This document shows positions 36,983-46,379 of a stretch of DNA of 48,735 nucleotides, piece by piece. The translations under genes were made by a program, and so were the position numbers. Numbering within the stretch: the first letter of the stretch is position 1; every line of letters begins with the position of its first letter. Origin of the DNA: an uncultured Clostridia bacterium (GTDB lineage Bacteria > Bacillota > Clostridia > TANB77 > CAG-508); assembly GCA_944388985.1 (NCBI GenBank), contig CALXKT010000002.1:1-48735 (forward strand). Reading direction: 5' to 3'. Below the pieces are notes generated by a model. The model worked only from the letters and a program-made list of their open reading frames with translations, made no database searches and had not been told where the DNA came from.

Positions 36983-37600
36983 TTAATTATTTTGATTCGC
37001 ATATACTTCATGTCCATATTTATTTTTTGTTAATATATATGCAATTCTTGAAATTGATATTGATTGTATAATACTACCTATTATTAAAATATTGGCTAAT
37101 GTTGAATCTTGTATAAATGTAGCAGCAATAAGTGTTAAGATTAATGTAACGTAAGATAATATCTTTTTCATTTTTCTTTCTTTTTTACTAATTATTGGTA
37201 CATTTTCTGTATCTGCTGGTGCATAAAAACTAACCATCAATATACCAAACAATAAGCTTAAACCTATCAATATATATTTTTGTATATTATCTAATATTAA
37301 AAATTTACTTAGATAAATATTTCCATAATAAACAATTATACTTCCCATTATGCATCCCAAATGTGTATGTAAATGAAATCCTCCAGACATCATTCTATAT
37401 GGCATTAAAGCGACATAAGCAAATATCATGTACCATCCTATTCCTAAGAAAAAACTAACTACAAATAGTAAAATGGTTTTTGGTATTTCGCCCACAATTA
37501 TTTGCAATCCATACTCTATTACTTCTGCTTTTTCATCTGTCATGTCGGGCATCTTTTTTCTCATTTTCTTCAAAATATAATTGCAAATTTTCTCTATCAT
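36983..37600 (-). CDS. agrB: AgrB accessory gene regulator protein B (AIP-processing membrane peptidase)
   Basis: Polytopic membrane protein with PYRMMSGGFHLHTHLGC (AgrB catalytic His/Cys region). Confidence 0.82.
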   Translation of the reverse strand: MIEKICNYILKKMRKKMPDMTDEKAEVIEYGLQIIVGEIPKTILLFVVSFFLGIGWYMIFAYVALMPYRMMSGGFHLHTHLGCIMGSIIVYYGNIYLSKFLILDNIQKYILIGLSLLFGILMVSFYAPADTENVPIISKKERKMKKILSYVTLILTLIAATFIQDSTLANILIIGSIIQSISISRIAYILTKNKYGHEVYANQNN

Positions 37601-37753
37601 TTGCTCACCTCATCTGAACTGAGACTATAATAATACTTTTTTTGACATTGTTTTCGTTTTTTATATGAATAGCTTAATTTTTCATACAAAAAATTTATTT
37701 TTCCATTTTCATATAATATTTTGCGTTTTTATAAAATTTACATAAATAATAAG

Positions 37754-37821
37754 CTTGAACAAAAGGGACACTTCTAAAAGTTCAAGAACGTAAACAAAAA
37801 GGAGTGTCCCTACTGTTCAAG
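37754..37821. repeat. GGGACA-box repeat, 68-bp imperfect palindrome (subfamily A)
   Basis: CTTGAACAAAAGGGACACTTC...GGAGTGTCCCTACTGTTCAAG, with the same 40-bp box offset as 14628-14695. It contains the stop codon of the RluA-family gene. Confidence 0.85.
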
Positions 37822-38503
37822 GTTCACTCCTTCTAATATCTTCCATGTACCATTTAGCTCTGGTACAGAGGTAAAAATCATTTCTTTCTTTGTAATAGGA
37901 TGCTGTATTTTCAATTGATATGCCCACAGAGCAATTTGCTTGCCATGTCCTCTTCCGCCATATTTCTGGTCTCCATAAATGCTATGATTTCGGCTAGATA
38001 ACTGTACTCGGATTTGGTGATGCCTACCGGTATGTAAATCAATTTTCAAAACCGATAAATCAATTTCTGGATTATATTTTAATACTTCATAATCTAAAGA
38101 AGCAAGTTTTGCATTTTTGGTACCTTCTTTTACCACTTTGCTTCTATTTTTTTGCTCATTTTTCCACAAATAGTCCTCTAAAGTTCCGCTTCTCTTGTTC
38201 CATTTTGCCATTTACCACTACCAAATACGTTTTTTGAAACACCTTTTCTCGCACTTGCTCACTAAGCCTTGCCGCAGCTTTCGATGTTTTGGCAAATACC
38301 ATCACTCCGCCAACAGGTCTATCTAATCGATGAACAAGCCCTAGATACACATTTCCGGGTTTATCGTACTTTTCCTTCAAGTATTCCTTTATTATGGTAA
38401 GCATGTCGCAATCTCCGGTTTTATCCCCTTGCGATGGTATGTTTACCGGTTTTTCTACCACAATTATATGATTATCTTCATAAATTACTTTTAATTTCTG
38501 CAT
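37810..38503 (-). pseudogene. RluA-family pseudouridine synthase interrupted by a 1-nt frameshift
   Basis: The N-terminal ORF (38156-38503) carries HRLDRPVGGVMVFAKT. The C-terminal ORF (37810-38211) carries GRHHQIRVQL. The frames join at ..VVNGK/WNKRSGTLEDY across an A4 run (T-run 38203-38206 on the plus strand). Confidence 0.75.
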
Positions 38504-38537
38504 TTTTTACTCCTACTCTTAATTCTTTTTTGCTAAG

Positions 38538-39395
38538 CTATCCTTCCCATTTTCCATAAATTCCACAAGGAAGTACCAATTTCGAATCCGTCATAGGAAG
38601 TCCCACTTCTCCATGTGAAAATTTGCCATGTTTTGTTATATTTAATCTTAAAATATTTTCTAACACGGTACTCGAAATTCCTGTTGTATACGAATTAATT
38701 AAAAAGAATAATGGCTTATCGGATAATACTTTCGTACATAACGCTACTAAATCCGCTATATTCTCCTCAAACTTCCACACTTCTCCATTTGTTCCTCTTC
38801 CATAAGATGGTGGATCCATAATAATTCCATCATATTGATTTCCTCTACGTATTTCTCGGTTTACAAACTTTACCACATCATCTACAATAAAGCGCACTGG
38901 CCTATCTGCAAGACCAGAAGAAGCTATATTTTCTTTTGCCCAAGTTGTCATTCCTTTAGAACTATCTACATGGCATACCTGTGCTCCGGCATAACTACAA
39001 GCAACAGTTGCTCCTCCTGTATACGCAAACAAATTCAACACTTTGATTGGTCTTTTCGCATTTTGAATTTTTTCTATCATCCAATCCCAATTTACTGCCT
39101 GCTCTGGAAATAAACCTGTATGCTTAAATCCCATTGGCTTAATATTAAAAGTTAAGTCCTTATAATGCACTTGCCAATTAGCTGGTACTTTTTTTAAATA
39201 CTTCCAGCCACCTCCTCCGCTAGAACTTCTATTGTATCTAGCATTTGCCTGTTTCCATTTCTCTGGATACGTTTTTTCTTTCCATATAATTTGTGGGTCT
39301 GGCCTTATTAAAACAACATCTCCCCATCTTTCTAATTTTTCGCCATCTGCCATGTCTAGTATTTCGTAATCTTTCCAATTTTTTGCTACATCCAT
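38538..39395 (-). CDS. class I SAM-dependent (rRNA-type, RlmI/RlmK-like) methyltransferase
   Basis: VLNLFAYTGG SAM loop and IIMDPPSYG catalytic motif. Confidence 0.7.
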   Translation of the reverse strand: MDVAKNWKDYEILDMADGEKLERWGDVVLIRPDPQIIWKEKTYPEKWKQANARYNRSSSGGGGWKYLKKVPANWQVHYKDLTFNIKPMGFKHTGLFPEQAVNWDWMIEKIQNAKRPIKVLNLFAYTGGATVACSYAGAQVCHVDSSKGMTTWAKENIASSGLADRPVRFIVDDVVKFVNREIRRGNQYDGIIMDPPSYGRGTNGEVWKFEENIADLVALCTKVLSDKPLFFLINSYTTGISSTVLENILRLNITKHGKFSHGEVGLPMTDSKLVLPCGIYGKWEG

Positions 39396-39420
39396 TACAA
39401 CTTCTTCCTTTCTTCTCTCA

Positions 39421-39488
39421 TTGGACAGAAGGGACTACTGCCCTTTATCCATTTTCTTGGACAAAAAGGTCTGTCCCTTTTGTCCAAG
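39421..39488. repeat. GGGACA-box repeat cluster (subfamily B)
   Basis: TTGGACAGAAGGGACTAC, plus the hairpin CTTGGACAAAA-aggtctgtccc-TTTTGTCCAAG (39456-39488). Confidence 0.8.
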
Positions 39489-39489
39489 C

Positions 39490-39693
39490 TCAAATCTTTC
39501 CAAGCACATTCACAAAACTACTAATGAGTACTATATCTAGAATCATAAAACTTATAGTAGCAGTCACTATCGTAGTCATCATTTTATGTTCAGTAATTAA
39601 ATGTACTATACTCTTTCTGCCACTTTTCTTCCTTTCTAGCCCCTCTTCCAATACTTTTCCTTGCTCTAAAATAATATCTTTTGCATACTCCAT
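39490..39693 (-). CDS. small membrane protein (67 aa), hypothetical
   Basis: GGGGGA RBS upstream, a C-terminal TM helix, and it fills the gap downstream of uvrC. Confidence 0.45.
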   Translation of the reverse strand: MEYAKDIILEQGKVLEEGLERKKSGRKSIVHLITEHKMMTTIVTATISFMILDIVLISSFVNVLGKI

Positions 39694-39823
39694 AAACCAA
39701 TTCCCCCTATCTATTTTTCTCTATTCTATAAATATTCTTGTCCAGAGGAATTTATGCCTATTTTCGTATGCCAAATTATTTGTTTTTTCTCGCTTTAAAG
39801 ATTTTATTCATTTTTATCAAACT

Positions 39824-41653
39824 TTACTCTAATTCTTCTTTTATTTTTTTCGCTAGTTTTTCATTTATTCCTTTTATTTGTGTCAACTCTTCTATTTCCG
39901 CTTCTTTTATTTTCTTTACGCTACCAAATTTTCTAAGTAATTCTTTTTTCTTTACCTCTCCAATTCCGCTTATTTCGTCTAAAGCAGATTTCGTAGTTTG
40001 CTTTTCTCTTAACTTTTTATGATAGCCAATGGCCGTATCATGCACTGCATCTTGGAACATAGTAATTGTATTAAATAACGTATTTGAAATAGCTAGTTCT
40101 TCCCTTTCTTTGTTCATCAAAGCCCTTGTTGAGTGTGTGTCATCTTTTACCATTCCAAAGATAGGAATATTCAAAACACTTGTATCAAATTCCGAATCTT
40201 TTGCTTTGTATTGTTCTTTTACTTCTTCTATTGCTTCTAATGCAGCTCTAATTTGAGTAATTCCTCCATCCACAAAAATTACATCTGGTAATCTTCCAAA
40301 TCCTCCATTTGGATTATCAATGGAATGAACTAATCTTCTTCCAATAACTTCTTTCATACATCTTGGGTCGTCTTGCCCAAATACGGTTTTTATTTTAAAT
40401 CTTCTCGAAAGATTTTTCTTAATTACGCCATCTTGCATCACGCACATTCCTGCTACCATATTGGTTCCAGACAAATTGGAAATATCGTAGCACTCTATTT
40501 TTCTTGGCAATTTATCTAATTGTAATACTTCTTTTAGCTCTGTTAAAATCGCATTTTTGTCTTTTTCTTTGTTTTCTAATGTAATTTTCGCATTGTTTTT
40601 CGCCATTTCAACTAACCTTAGTTTTTCTCCCTTTTGTGGTGTTTTTATTTCTACTTTTCTTCCAGCTGTTTTGGTTAACCAATCCTGCATCAATTCTTTA
40701 TCTTCGATATCTTCTGGTATCATAATTTTATTTGGCAAAATTGGTCTATCCAAATAATATTGTTTAATAAAACTAGATAGAATTTCCTTTGGTTCTTCAT
40801 CTACTAAATCATTTAAAAAATAATGCTCTCTTCCGACCATTTTGCTTTTGCGCACAAAAAAGATTTCAATACAAACTCTCGCATTGCTTTTGGCAAGTCC
40901 AATAACATCAATGTCATTTTCGGATATGTTAGAAACTTTTTGTTTCTCGGAAATCCTTTCAATTGCTAATATCTTATCTCGTAAATAGGCTGCTTTTTCA
41001 AATTGTAACTTTTGCGAAGCCTCCTCCATTTCCTCCGTAATCTGTTTCATTAGCTTGTCCGTCTTTCCTTCTAGCACATCAATAATTTCGTCAATTTGTT
41101 TTCGATACTCTTCTTTGGAAATATACCCCATACAAGGAGCTAAACATTTCTTAATATGATAATGCAAACATGGCCTATCCTTATATTTAAAGGTTTTACA
41201 TTGTCTAATTTTGAATTTCGATTTAATAAATTCAATCATTTCTTTGGCAGCTCCGCTATTTGCATACGGTCCAAAATATTTTGCTCCATCATTTAAAATT
41301 CTTCTGGTAATATAGACATCTGGATAATCTGCTTTTACATTAACTTTGATATAAGGATATGTTTTTCCATCTTTTAATAACACATTAAACTTCGGCATAT
41401 TCTTTTTAATCAAGTTACACTCTAAAATCAATGCTTCTGCTTCATTATCGGTTACAATATATTCAAAATGATCAATTAAGGCAACCATGTTTTGTATTCT
41501 TTTGGTCTTATTCGTTTTACGAAAATATTGCCTTACCCTATTTTTTAATGAAATTGCCTTACCCACATAAATAATTTTGTCATTTTTATCATGCATGATG
41601 TAAACCCCTGGTTTGGAAGGCAATTTTTTTAATTCTTCTTCTATATTAAACAT
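39824..41653 (-). CDS. uvrC: excinuclease ABC subunit C
   Basis: GIY-YIG (GVYIMHDKNDKIIYVGKA), a UVR domain, an RNase H-like endonuclease domain and a C-terminal (HhH)2. Confidence 0.92.
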   Translation of the reverse strand: MFNIEEELKKLPSKPGVYIMHDKNDKIIYVGKAISLKNRVRQYFRKTNKTKRIQNMVALIDHFEYIVTDNEAEALILECNLIKKNMPKFNVLLKDGKTYPYIKVNVKADYPDVYITRRILNDGAKYFGPYANSGAAKEMIEFIKSKFKIRQCKTFKYKDRPCLHYHIKKCLAPCMGYISKEEYRKQIDEIIDVLEGKTDKLMKQITEEMEEASQKLQFEKAAYLRDKILAIERISEKQKVSNISENDIDVIGLAKSNARVCIEIFFVRKSKMVGREHYFLNDLVDEEPKEILSSFIKQYYLDRPILPNKIMIPEDIEDKELMQDWLTKTAGRKVEIKTPQKGEKLRLVEMAKNNAKITLENKEKDKNAILTELKEVLQLDKLPRKIECYDISNLSGTNMVAGMCVMQDGVIKKNLSRRFKIKTVFGQDDPRCMKEVIGRRLVHSIDNPNGGFGRLPDVIFVDGGITQIRAALEAIEEVKEQYKAKDSEFDTSVLNIPIFGMVKDDTHSTRALMNKEREELAISNTLFNTITMFQDAVHDTAIGYHKKLREKQTTKSALDEISGIGEVKKKELLRKFGSVKKIKEAEIEELTQIKGINEKLAKKIKEELE

Positions 41654-41683
41654 CTTTCTCTTCCTTTTTTATTAATCCTCTCT

Positions 41684-41692
41684 ATTATACCA
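41684..41692 (-). promoter_or_regulatory. extended -10 element (TGgTATAAT) upstream of uvrC
   Basis: The minus strand reads CATGTGGTATAAT about 30 nt upstream of the uvrC start. Confidence 0.35.
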
Positions 41693-41744
41693 CATGGTAG
41701 GGGTTATTTTCAAACCTATTTTACGCTTCTTTGCTTATTACAAC

Positions 41745-42425
41745 TCACACTACACTATGTTCTTTCTTCTCCACGGACTGTATCAGCTTTTCTATGTTTT
41801 TTCTTCTATTATATTTTCGAATTTCCAAAATTTCTAAATACCATAAATAAGCAATAATAATAAGAATTGCTATATTTTGTAAGTACAAAATAACAATACT
41901 CGAGATTGCAGTTATTATGACAAGCATAGTTTTTGATACTAAGTATGTAATTTTATTTGCTTTCTTTTTCCCTATTCCTAATTTTAAAATTTCTTTTAAA
42001 AATCTTCCTCCATCCAGTGGATAAATTGGCAATAAATTAAATAGGGCAATTAAAAGATTAGAATAGAGTAATAAAGAAAACCAGTATGTATTAGCAAAAC
42101 CTGGAGCGATAACCGCAAAAAGAATTGTTGCCGTCGACATTCCTAAATTGGTTAACGGTCCCGCCAAGGCGATTATCGCTTTTTTTATGGTTAATGCTTT
42201 TGCTTGCTCTGAATAATCTTGATAATTCACTTTAAAACTTATTTGAAGCCCTACAGGAGTAAGTTTTATTTCTTCCGGCTCAAACTTTAAAAGGATTCCT
42301 GCAATAAGATGTCCCAATTCGTGAAGAATGGCTAATACCATTAGTAGAAGATAAATTTCTAATTGCGAGGTAAGTAAAAATAAAAATAGGAATAAAAATA
42401 TTTTCAAATCGATTTTTATACTCAT
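41745..42425 (-). CDS. spoIVFB: M50 site-2 protease, SpoIVFB-like
   Basis: HELGH zinc motif and NLLPIYPLDGGR in TM helices. It follows an M23-domain gene, as in spoIVFA-spoIVFB. Start set to MSIKIDL because the longer ORF-track N-terminus is repeat-encoded. The exact start is uncertain. Confidence 0.65.
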   Translation of the reverse strand: MSIKIDLKIFLFLFLFLLTSQLEIYLLLMVLAILHELGHLIAGILLKFEPEEIKLTPVGLQISFKVNYQDYSEQAKALTIKKAIIALAGPLTNLGMSTATILFAVIAPGFANTYWFSLLLYSNLLIALFNLLPIYPLDGGRFLKEILKLGIGKKKANKITYLVSKTMLVIITAISSIVILYLQNIAILIIIAYLWYLEILEIRKYNRRKNIEKLIQSVEKKEHSVV

Positions 42426-42460
42426 AGAATTGTCTTTCTCCTTTAAATAAAAATAGTACT

Positions 42461-42565
42461 CTTGCAAAAGCGAAAGGTCTGTCCCTTTTGCCCATGAACT
42501 TAAACAAAAAGGAGTGTCCCTAACGTTCAAGAACTTGGACAAAAAAGAATGTCCCTACTGTCCAA
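42461..42565. repeat. GGGACA-box tandem array, 3 units (subfamilies A/B)
   Basis: TGTCCC at 42480, 42515 and 42550 (exact 35-bp phase). The last unit contains the stop codon of the M23 gene. Confidence 0.85.
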
Positions 42566-43553
42566 AGTCCAAAATAGCTTCTGGATTAATGGATCTGTTT
42601 TCTCTTCTTATCTCAAAATGTAAATGCGGACCCGTGGAATTTCCTGTAGAGCCAACTTCTGCAATTTTGTCTCCTTGTTTTACTTTGTCTCCCTCTTTTA
42701 CCAAAAGCTTACTACAATGGGCATATCTTGTTAAAACATTTCCATTTGTTATATCAATATGCTTGCCATACTCTCCCTCTTCTGAAGAAACTGTTACGGT
42801 TCCATCCATTGCTGCATAAATAGCAGTGCCTTCATTTGCACCAATATCAATACCTGCATGATTTGCAGACACTACTTCTGTTGCCTCTCTTGTGCCATAG
42901 CGAGAAGTTACAGTTCCTTCTACTGGCACAATAAAATGATAATTTTCTTTTATATATTCCACATCTAGTTCATATTGCGATTTTTGTTCTGTGTTTTTTT
43001 CCGCTTCTTTTGTGTCTCCCTCTGCTTCTACAATTTCATTCGTTACAGCTCCGCCCACTCCTCCTACGGTGTTTGTATCCATCGTGTTGGTTGCTATTTC
43101 ATTTGCGTTTACTGTATTACTCTCTACCTCGTTAGTGGTTACAGCGTTAACATTTACTAAATTCGCATCCACTTCACTCTCCATATTTTCGTTTTCTTCA
43201 TCATTCCCACCAAATATTCCTAAAAAAGGAAATCTATCTTTATTTTGATTAATAAATTCCGTCACTTGTTGTCCTATATTTCTAAAATTTATATCATAGG
43301 ATAAAAATTCCTTTGTTTTCTTGATTACGTCTTCAGAAAAAATATAATTACTATTTTTTATCAGATAAAAAATAATATAAATAACAGCACAAATAGCCAA
43401 TTGTAAGAACATTTTTTTAAATAAGGATAGCTTCTTTTTTTCTGCTCGGTTCACTGTATTCGAAGAAACACGTATCCCATTTGCCACTCTTCTCCTTTGA
43501 TAAATTTCTTCTGCTCTTCGAATTCTATCTTCCTGGCTCATCGTTCTTTCCAT
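42555..43553 (-). CDS. M23/LytM-domain membrane protein (SpoIVFA/SpoIIQ-like context)
   Basis: N-terminal TM helix, an Asn/Thr/Val-rich linker and a C-terminal M23 domain (HAGIDI, GSTGNSTGPHLHFEI). The stop codon TAG lies inside a repeat unit. Confidence 0.75.
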   Translation of the reverse strand: MERTMSQEDRIRRAEEIYQRRRVANGIRVSSNTVNRAEKKKLSLFKKMFLQLAICAVIYIIFYLIKNSNYIFSEDVIKKTKEFLSYDINFRNIGQQVTEFINQNKDRFPFLGIFGGNDEENENMESEVDANLVNVNAVTTNEVESNTVNANEIATNTMDTNTVGGVGGAVTNEIVEAEGDTKEAEKNTEQKSQYELDVEYIKENYHFIVPVEGTVTSRYGTREATEVVSANHAGIDIGANEGTAIYAAMDGTVTVSSEEGEYGKHIDITNGNVLTRYAHCSKLLVKEGDKVKQGDKIAEVGSTGNSTGPHLHFEIRRENRSINPEAILDFGQ

Positions 43554-43624
43554 TAAAAAAACACCTCTTCCTTTGTTGTTTTTTTAATGTATATGTGTGC
43601 GAGGTGTTTTTTATTCCTATTCTA

Positions 43625-43966
43625 TTACAGTAAACTAAAAACAATAGTCAAAACCGTAGTAAACAAAAAAACGAAATTAAGTTTTACCGAATTTTTATAT
43701 CTTTTTTCTAGTTTTTTCATATTGTTTTTCCATTTTGGAGACTGCTTTTCTAAATTCTCCGTATAGGATTTTAACAGCATCTCCGCTTCTTTTACAATAT
43801 ATTGGTTATCTTGTTCTTTCTCTTGTTTTTCTTTATTTTCCTTAGCATCCACCATTTGATATTTATGTATTTTTTTATTTTCCTTCAAAAAAACAATTGC
43901 TTCCTCAATTAAATTGGATGGCAAATCTTTTAAAACAATTATATTTTTCATATCATTTTGCTTCAT
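43625..43966 (-). CDS. hypothetical protein with C-terminal TM anchor
   Basis: 113-aa ORF with a charged N-terminal part and a hydrophobic C-terminus. I recognise no family. Confidence 0.4.
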   Translation of the reverse strand: MKQNDMKNIIVLKDLPSNLIEEAIVFLKENKKIHKYQMVDAKENKEKQEKEQDNQYIVKEAEMLLKSYTENLEKQSPKWKNNMKKLEKRYKNSVKLNFVFLFTTVLTIVFSLL

Positions 43967-44022
43967 TTTTCATTCCTCCTAAGTAATAATATCACTTAGA
44001 TTTTTGCCACTTTTTTCTATTC

Positions 44023-44556
44023 TTATACATAAATATTCGATTTTTTTAAAACATTTTTTATTCCACTTGCAACAATGCTTGCCATGGTATAAATTTCTTC
44101 TTGCTTTATAAAATTTAGTTCTGCCATGTTCTTTTCCTTTTCAGCATAATATGTTCCAACAACACATTTTATATTTAGATTCGAATAAAAGCATAAGCTT
44201 TTTTCTAATGCTTTTCCTATTTTTATATATCCCTTTTCTAAAACAATTTCTCCTTTTGGCTTTCTTCTACTCAATGCTGCGTCTACCGTGATTAAAAAGG
44301 GATTCGCAAACTCTGCATAAATACTTTCTATCGTTTCTTTTGCGTTTTGGAAATGCAAATTTTTTGTCTTGTCTCCAAAAACGTGAATCACGGGATTTTC
44401 TATCTCTTTTAAAGAATTCCCCACCGTTGGCCCTATGGCATCTCCTATCATTTTATTCGTTCCAATACAAAGAAAAACAACATCCGAAAAACCACCATTG
44501 ATTTGTTGTATTTCCTGTTCAAATGCTTTCCTAAATTTTAAATATTGCTGATACAA
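44023..44556 (-). CDS. yyaC: spore protease YyaC (GPR-like)
   Basis: VFLCIGTNKMIGDAIGPTVG matches the YyaC signature. 177 aa. Confidence 0.7.
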   Translation of the reverse strand: MYQQYLKFRKAFEQEIQQINGGFSDVVFLCIGTNKMIGDAIGPTVGNSLKEIENPVIHVFGDKTKNLHFQNAKETIESIYAEFANPFLITVDAALSRRKPKGEIVLEKGYIKIGKALEKSLCFYSNLNIKCVVGTYYAEKEKNMAELNFIKQEEIYTMASIVASGIKNVLKKSNIYV

Positions 44557-44597
44557 ATGTCACCATTCCTCCTTAATTGCATTTCTTTTATTGCATT

Positions 44598-44843
44598 CTA
44601 TTCTTTATTTCGTGCAATTATGATGCTAACATTTCTATCATTATTATATTTTTTAATAATATCTTCTGAAAATCCTGCAATTTGGTCTGTTAAAATAATA
44701 AAATCATATCGCTTCTGCACTAACTCTTCTATTTTTGCATCCGTATCTTCTGGCTCCGCCAATTTAAAAACGTCAAATCCTAATCTTTCTGGTACCTTAA
44801 AGCTCTCGTCATCTTTTGCATACTTAATCCATGACATCTTCAT
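44598..44843 (-). CDS. hypothetical small protein (81 aa), possibly V-ATPase subunit F-like fold
   Basis: GFDVF..YDFIILTDQIA pattern faintly resembles the ATP-synt_F family. Weak evidence. Confidence 0.3.
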   Translation of the reverse strand: MKMSWIKYAKDDESFKVPERLGFDVFKLAEPEDTDAKIEELVQKRYDFIILTDQIAGFSEDIIKKYNNDRNVSIIIARNKE

Positions 44844-44947
44844 TTTATTCTATTTCCTTTCTGTGTCACCTTTTTTAGGTTTCCTACCAGTTTTAGTCTT
44901 TGACATTTTTATAAAATTATTCAATTTTTTGTTACAATTTATTCTTT

Positions 44948-45460
44948 TTACTCAGCAAGCAAACTTTTTATTTCTTCCTCCTCTTTTAAAGCCTCATCGG
45001 AAATATATTCGAAAGCTCTTTTATCCTGTTTTACAGCTGCCACAACAATCTCTTTGTTGGCACGTAATCGCTTACTTGCATATTTTAAAATAAGACCTTT
45101 ATTGGTCACGGCAGCTAGTACTACGTCAAAATCGTCTCGTAAAGCAGAGGATGCATAATATAATTCTTGGCCATCAATTTTCACTGCATCTAGCATTGTC
45201 TCTTTATCATCTGCAAGCCTCTCACTTACATAACAAGCTGTCCAGCCCACTTTTTTGATTGATGCAAGCACCACTTCTTTATCATCTTTCAAATTTTTGC
45301 TAGCAAATTCTAAAGCATTTCCATCTTGGTTGATTGCTGCCATTACTACTTCCTTGTCATCCTTTAATCTCTCTGAAGCTAAGTCTAATAAACTACCTTG
45401 TTTGCTTACCATATCTAAAACATAAGCTTTATCATCACATTTTTCCTCATCAAATTCCAT
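44948..45460 (-). CDS. DUF4116 repeat protein
   Basis: Five tandem repeats of about 30 aa of the form L.DDKE.V.AAV..DG..L.YAS..L. Confidence 0.6.
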   Translation of the reverse strand: MEFDEEKCDDKAYVLDMVSKQGSLLDLASERLKDDKEVVMAAINQDGNALEFASKNLKDDKEVVLASIKKVGWTACYVSERLADDKETMLDAVKIDGQELYYASSALRDDFDVVLAAVTNKGLILKYASKRLRANKEIVVAAVKQDKRAFEYISDEALKEEEEIKSLLAE

Positions 45461-45470
45461 TTTGTGCCTC

Positions 45471-46178
45471 CTAATATGTTTTTTTACTACTTTTTCGCTT
45501 CCTACTTTGCATTTCCTCTTTTACTTCTTTACTAACACGATTGGACTCGATTATTTTCTGAAGCGCCTTGTTAAAAGTGAAATCATCTAAATGATTTTGC
45601 TCTAAAAATTTTATAGTTCTTTCCTCATCTTTTACAAAAGCCATTGAAATTCCCCAAGCGATTCCCATTTTCACATAGTATTTATCTAAATGAATAGAGT
45701 CATAAACAGCAAAAACATTATCCATATCTTCCTCTGTTAAATAATAATCCATCATCATAATAACCGCAAATCTCACTTCAAACTCGTTCTGCGAAGTAAC
45801 ATATTTTTGCAAATACTCCCACATTTCTTTTTTATGCTTATTGGTAAATTTAAAAGTAGAACAACAGCAATCACAAATTGCCCAATTATCAATCATAGGA
45901 ACAAATTTATCTAAATACGCTATTCTTTCTGCCAAATCTGCTTTTTCATAACCTATTACTAACCCATAAATCATTTTTTCTTCATAAAATTCACACTTAT
46001 ACGTATCTAAAAATTCTTTTGGATTCTCCTTTGCAATTTTCTTGGCTAATTCTCTTAATTTTGGAATCCTTACTCCTATGATATTGTCAATATTGGGGCA
46101 TAATCCACTATGAAATTTTTTATATTCTTCCTCTGCTAATTGAAATAACTCTTCTCTTAAATTCATATTTAATTTCAC
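45471..46178 (-). CDS. DNA alkylation repair protein (AlkD/HEAT-like family)
   Basis: 235 aa with N-terminal ..EYKKFHSGLCPN..IIGVRIPKLRELAK and a WAICDCCC region typical of the DNA_alkylation family. Confidence 0.6.
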   Translation of the reverse strand: MKLNMNLREELFQLAEEEYKKFHSGLCPNIDNIIGVRIPKLRELAKKIAKENPKEFLDTYKCEFYEEKMIYGLVIGYEKADLAERIAYLDKFVPMIDNWAICDCCCSTFKFTNKHKKEMWEYLQKYVTSQNEFEVRFAVIMMMDYYLTEEDMDNVFAVYDSIHLDKYYVKMGIAWGISMAFVKDEERTIKFLEQNHLDDFTFNKALQKIIESNRVSKEVKEEMQSRKRKSSKKTY

Positions 46179-46275
46179 TACTTTCTTATTCTTCTAATTT
46201 GTTCCGCTTCAGAAACAAAACTTTCTTCCTGTTAGAACACCCTTATTTTACCACTTTTTAATAGTTATATCAACA

Positions 46276-46376
46276 ATGAAACAAGTGGACAGACGTATAA
46301 AGAAAATTTGCAAAATAATTTTATGTCTGTCCCCCTGTTTCAAAAATGAAACGAATTGTGTGTCCCCTTGTTTCAT
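46276..46376. repeat. GGGACA-box repeat cluster (subfamily D)
   Basis: An inverted pair (46276-46296 degenerate, 46323-46343) plus the hairpin ATGAAAC-gaattgtgtgtcccctt-GTTTCAT (46346-46376). Confidence 0.8.
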
Positions 46377-46379
46377 CCC

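Noticed and set aside
37601-37753. AAAAACG(A/C)(A/G)AAA motifs upstream of agrB, and (in inverse orientation) upstream of agrA, as LytTR direct repeats.
   Set aside because: The copies are A-rich, imperfect, and not spaced at the 12-13 bp typical of AgrA direct repeats. They cannot be distinguished from AT-rich background by eye.
39293-39832. 179-aa plus-strand ORF, along with similar long antisense ORFs (899-1243, 7064-7507, 28832-29176, 44545-45093, 46276-46575, etc.).
   Set aside because: They lie antisense to, or overlap, well-supported genes and repeats. They have low-complexity Leu/Phe/Ser-rich translations typical of AT-rich antisense frames, and no RBS.
42461-42565. The 35-bp-phased arrays (also at 47275-47365, 21642-21696 and 2883-2923) superficially resemble a mini CRISPR array.
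   Set aside because: There are only 2-3 units per locus. The apparent spacers are themselves conserved and palindromic (GTTCAAGAACTTGAAC). Units occur in inverted pairs. There are no cas genes or leader in the window.
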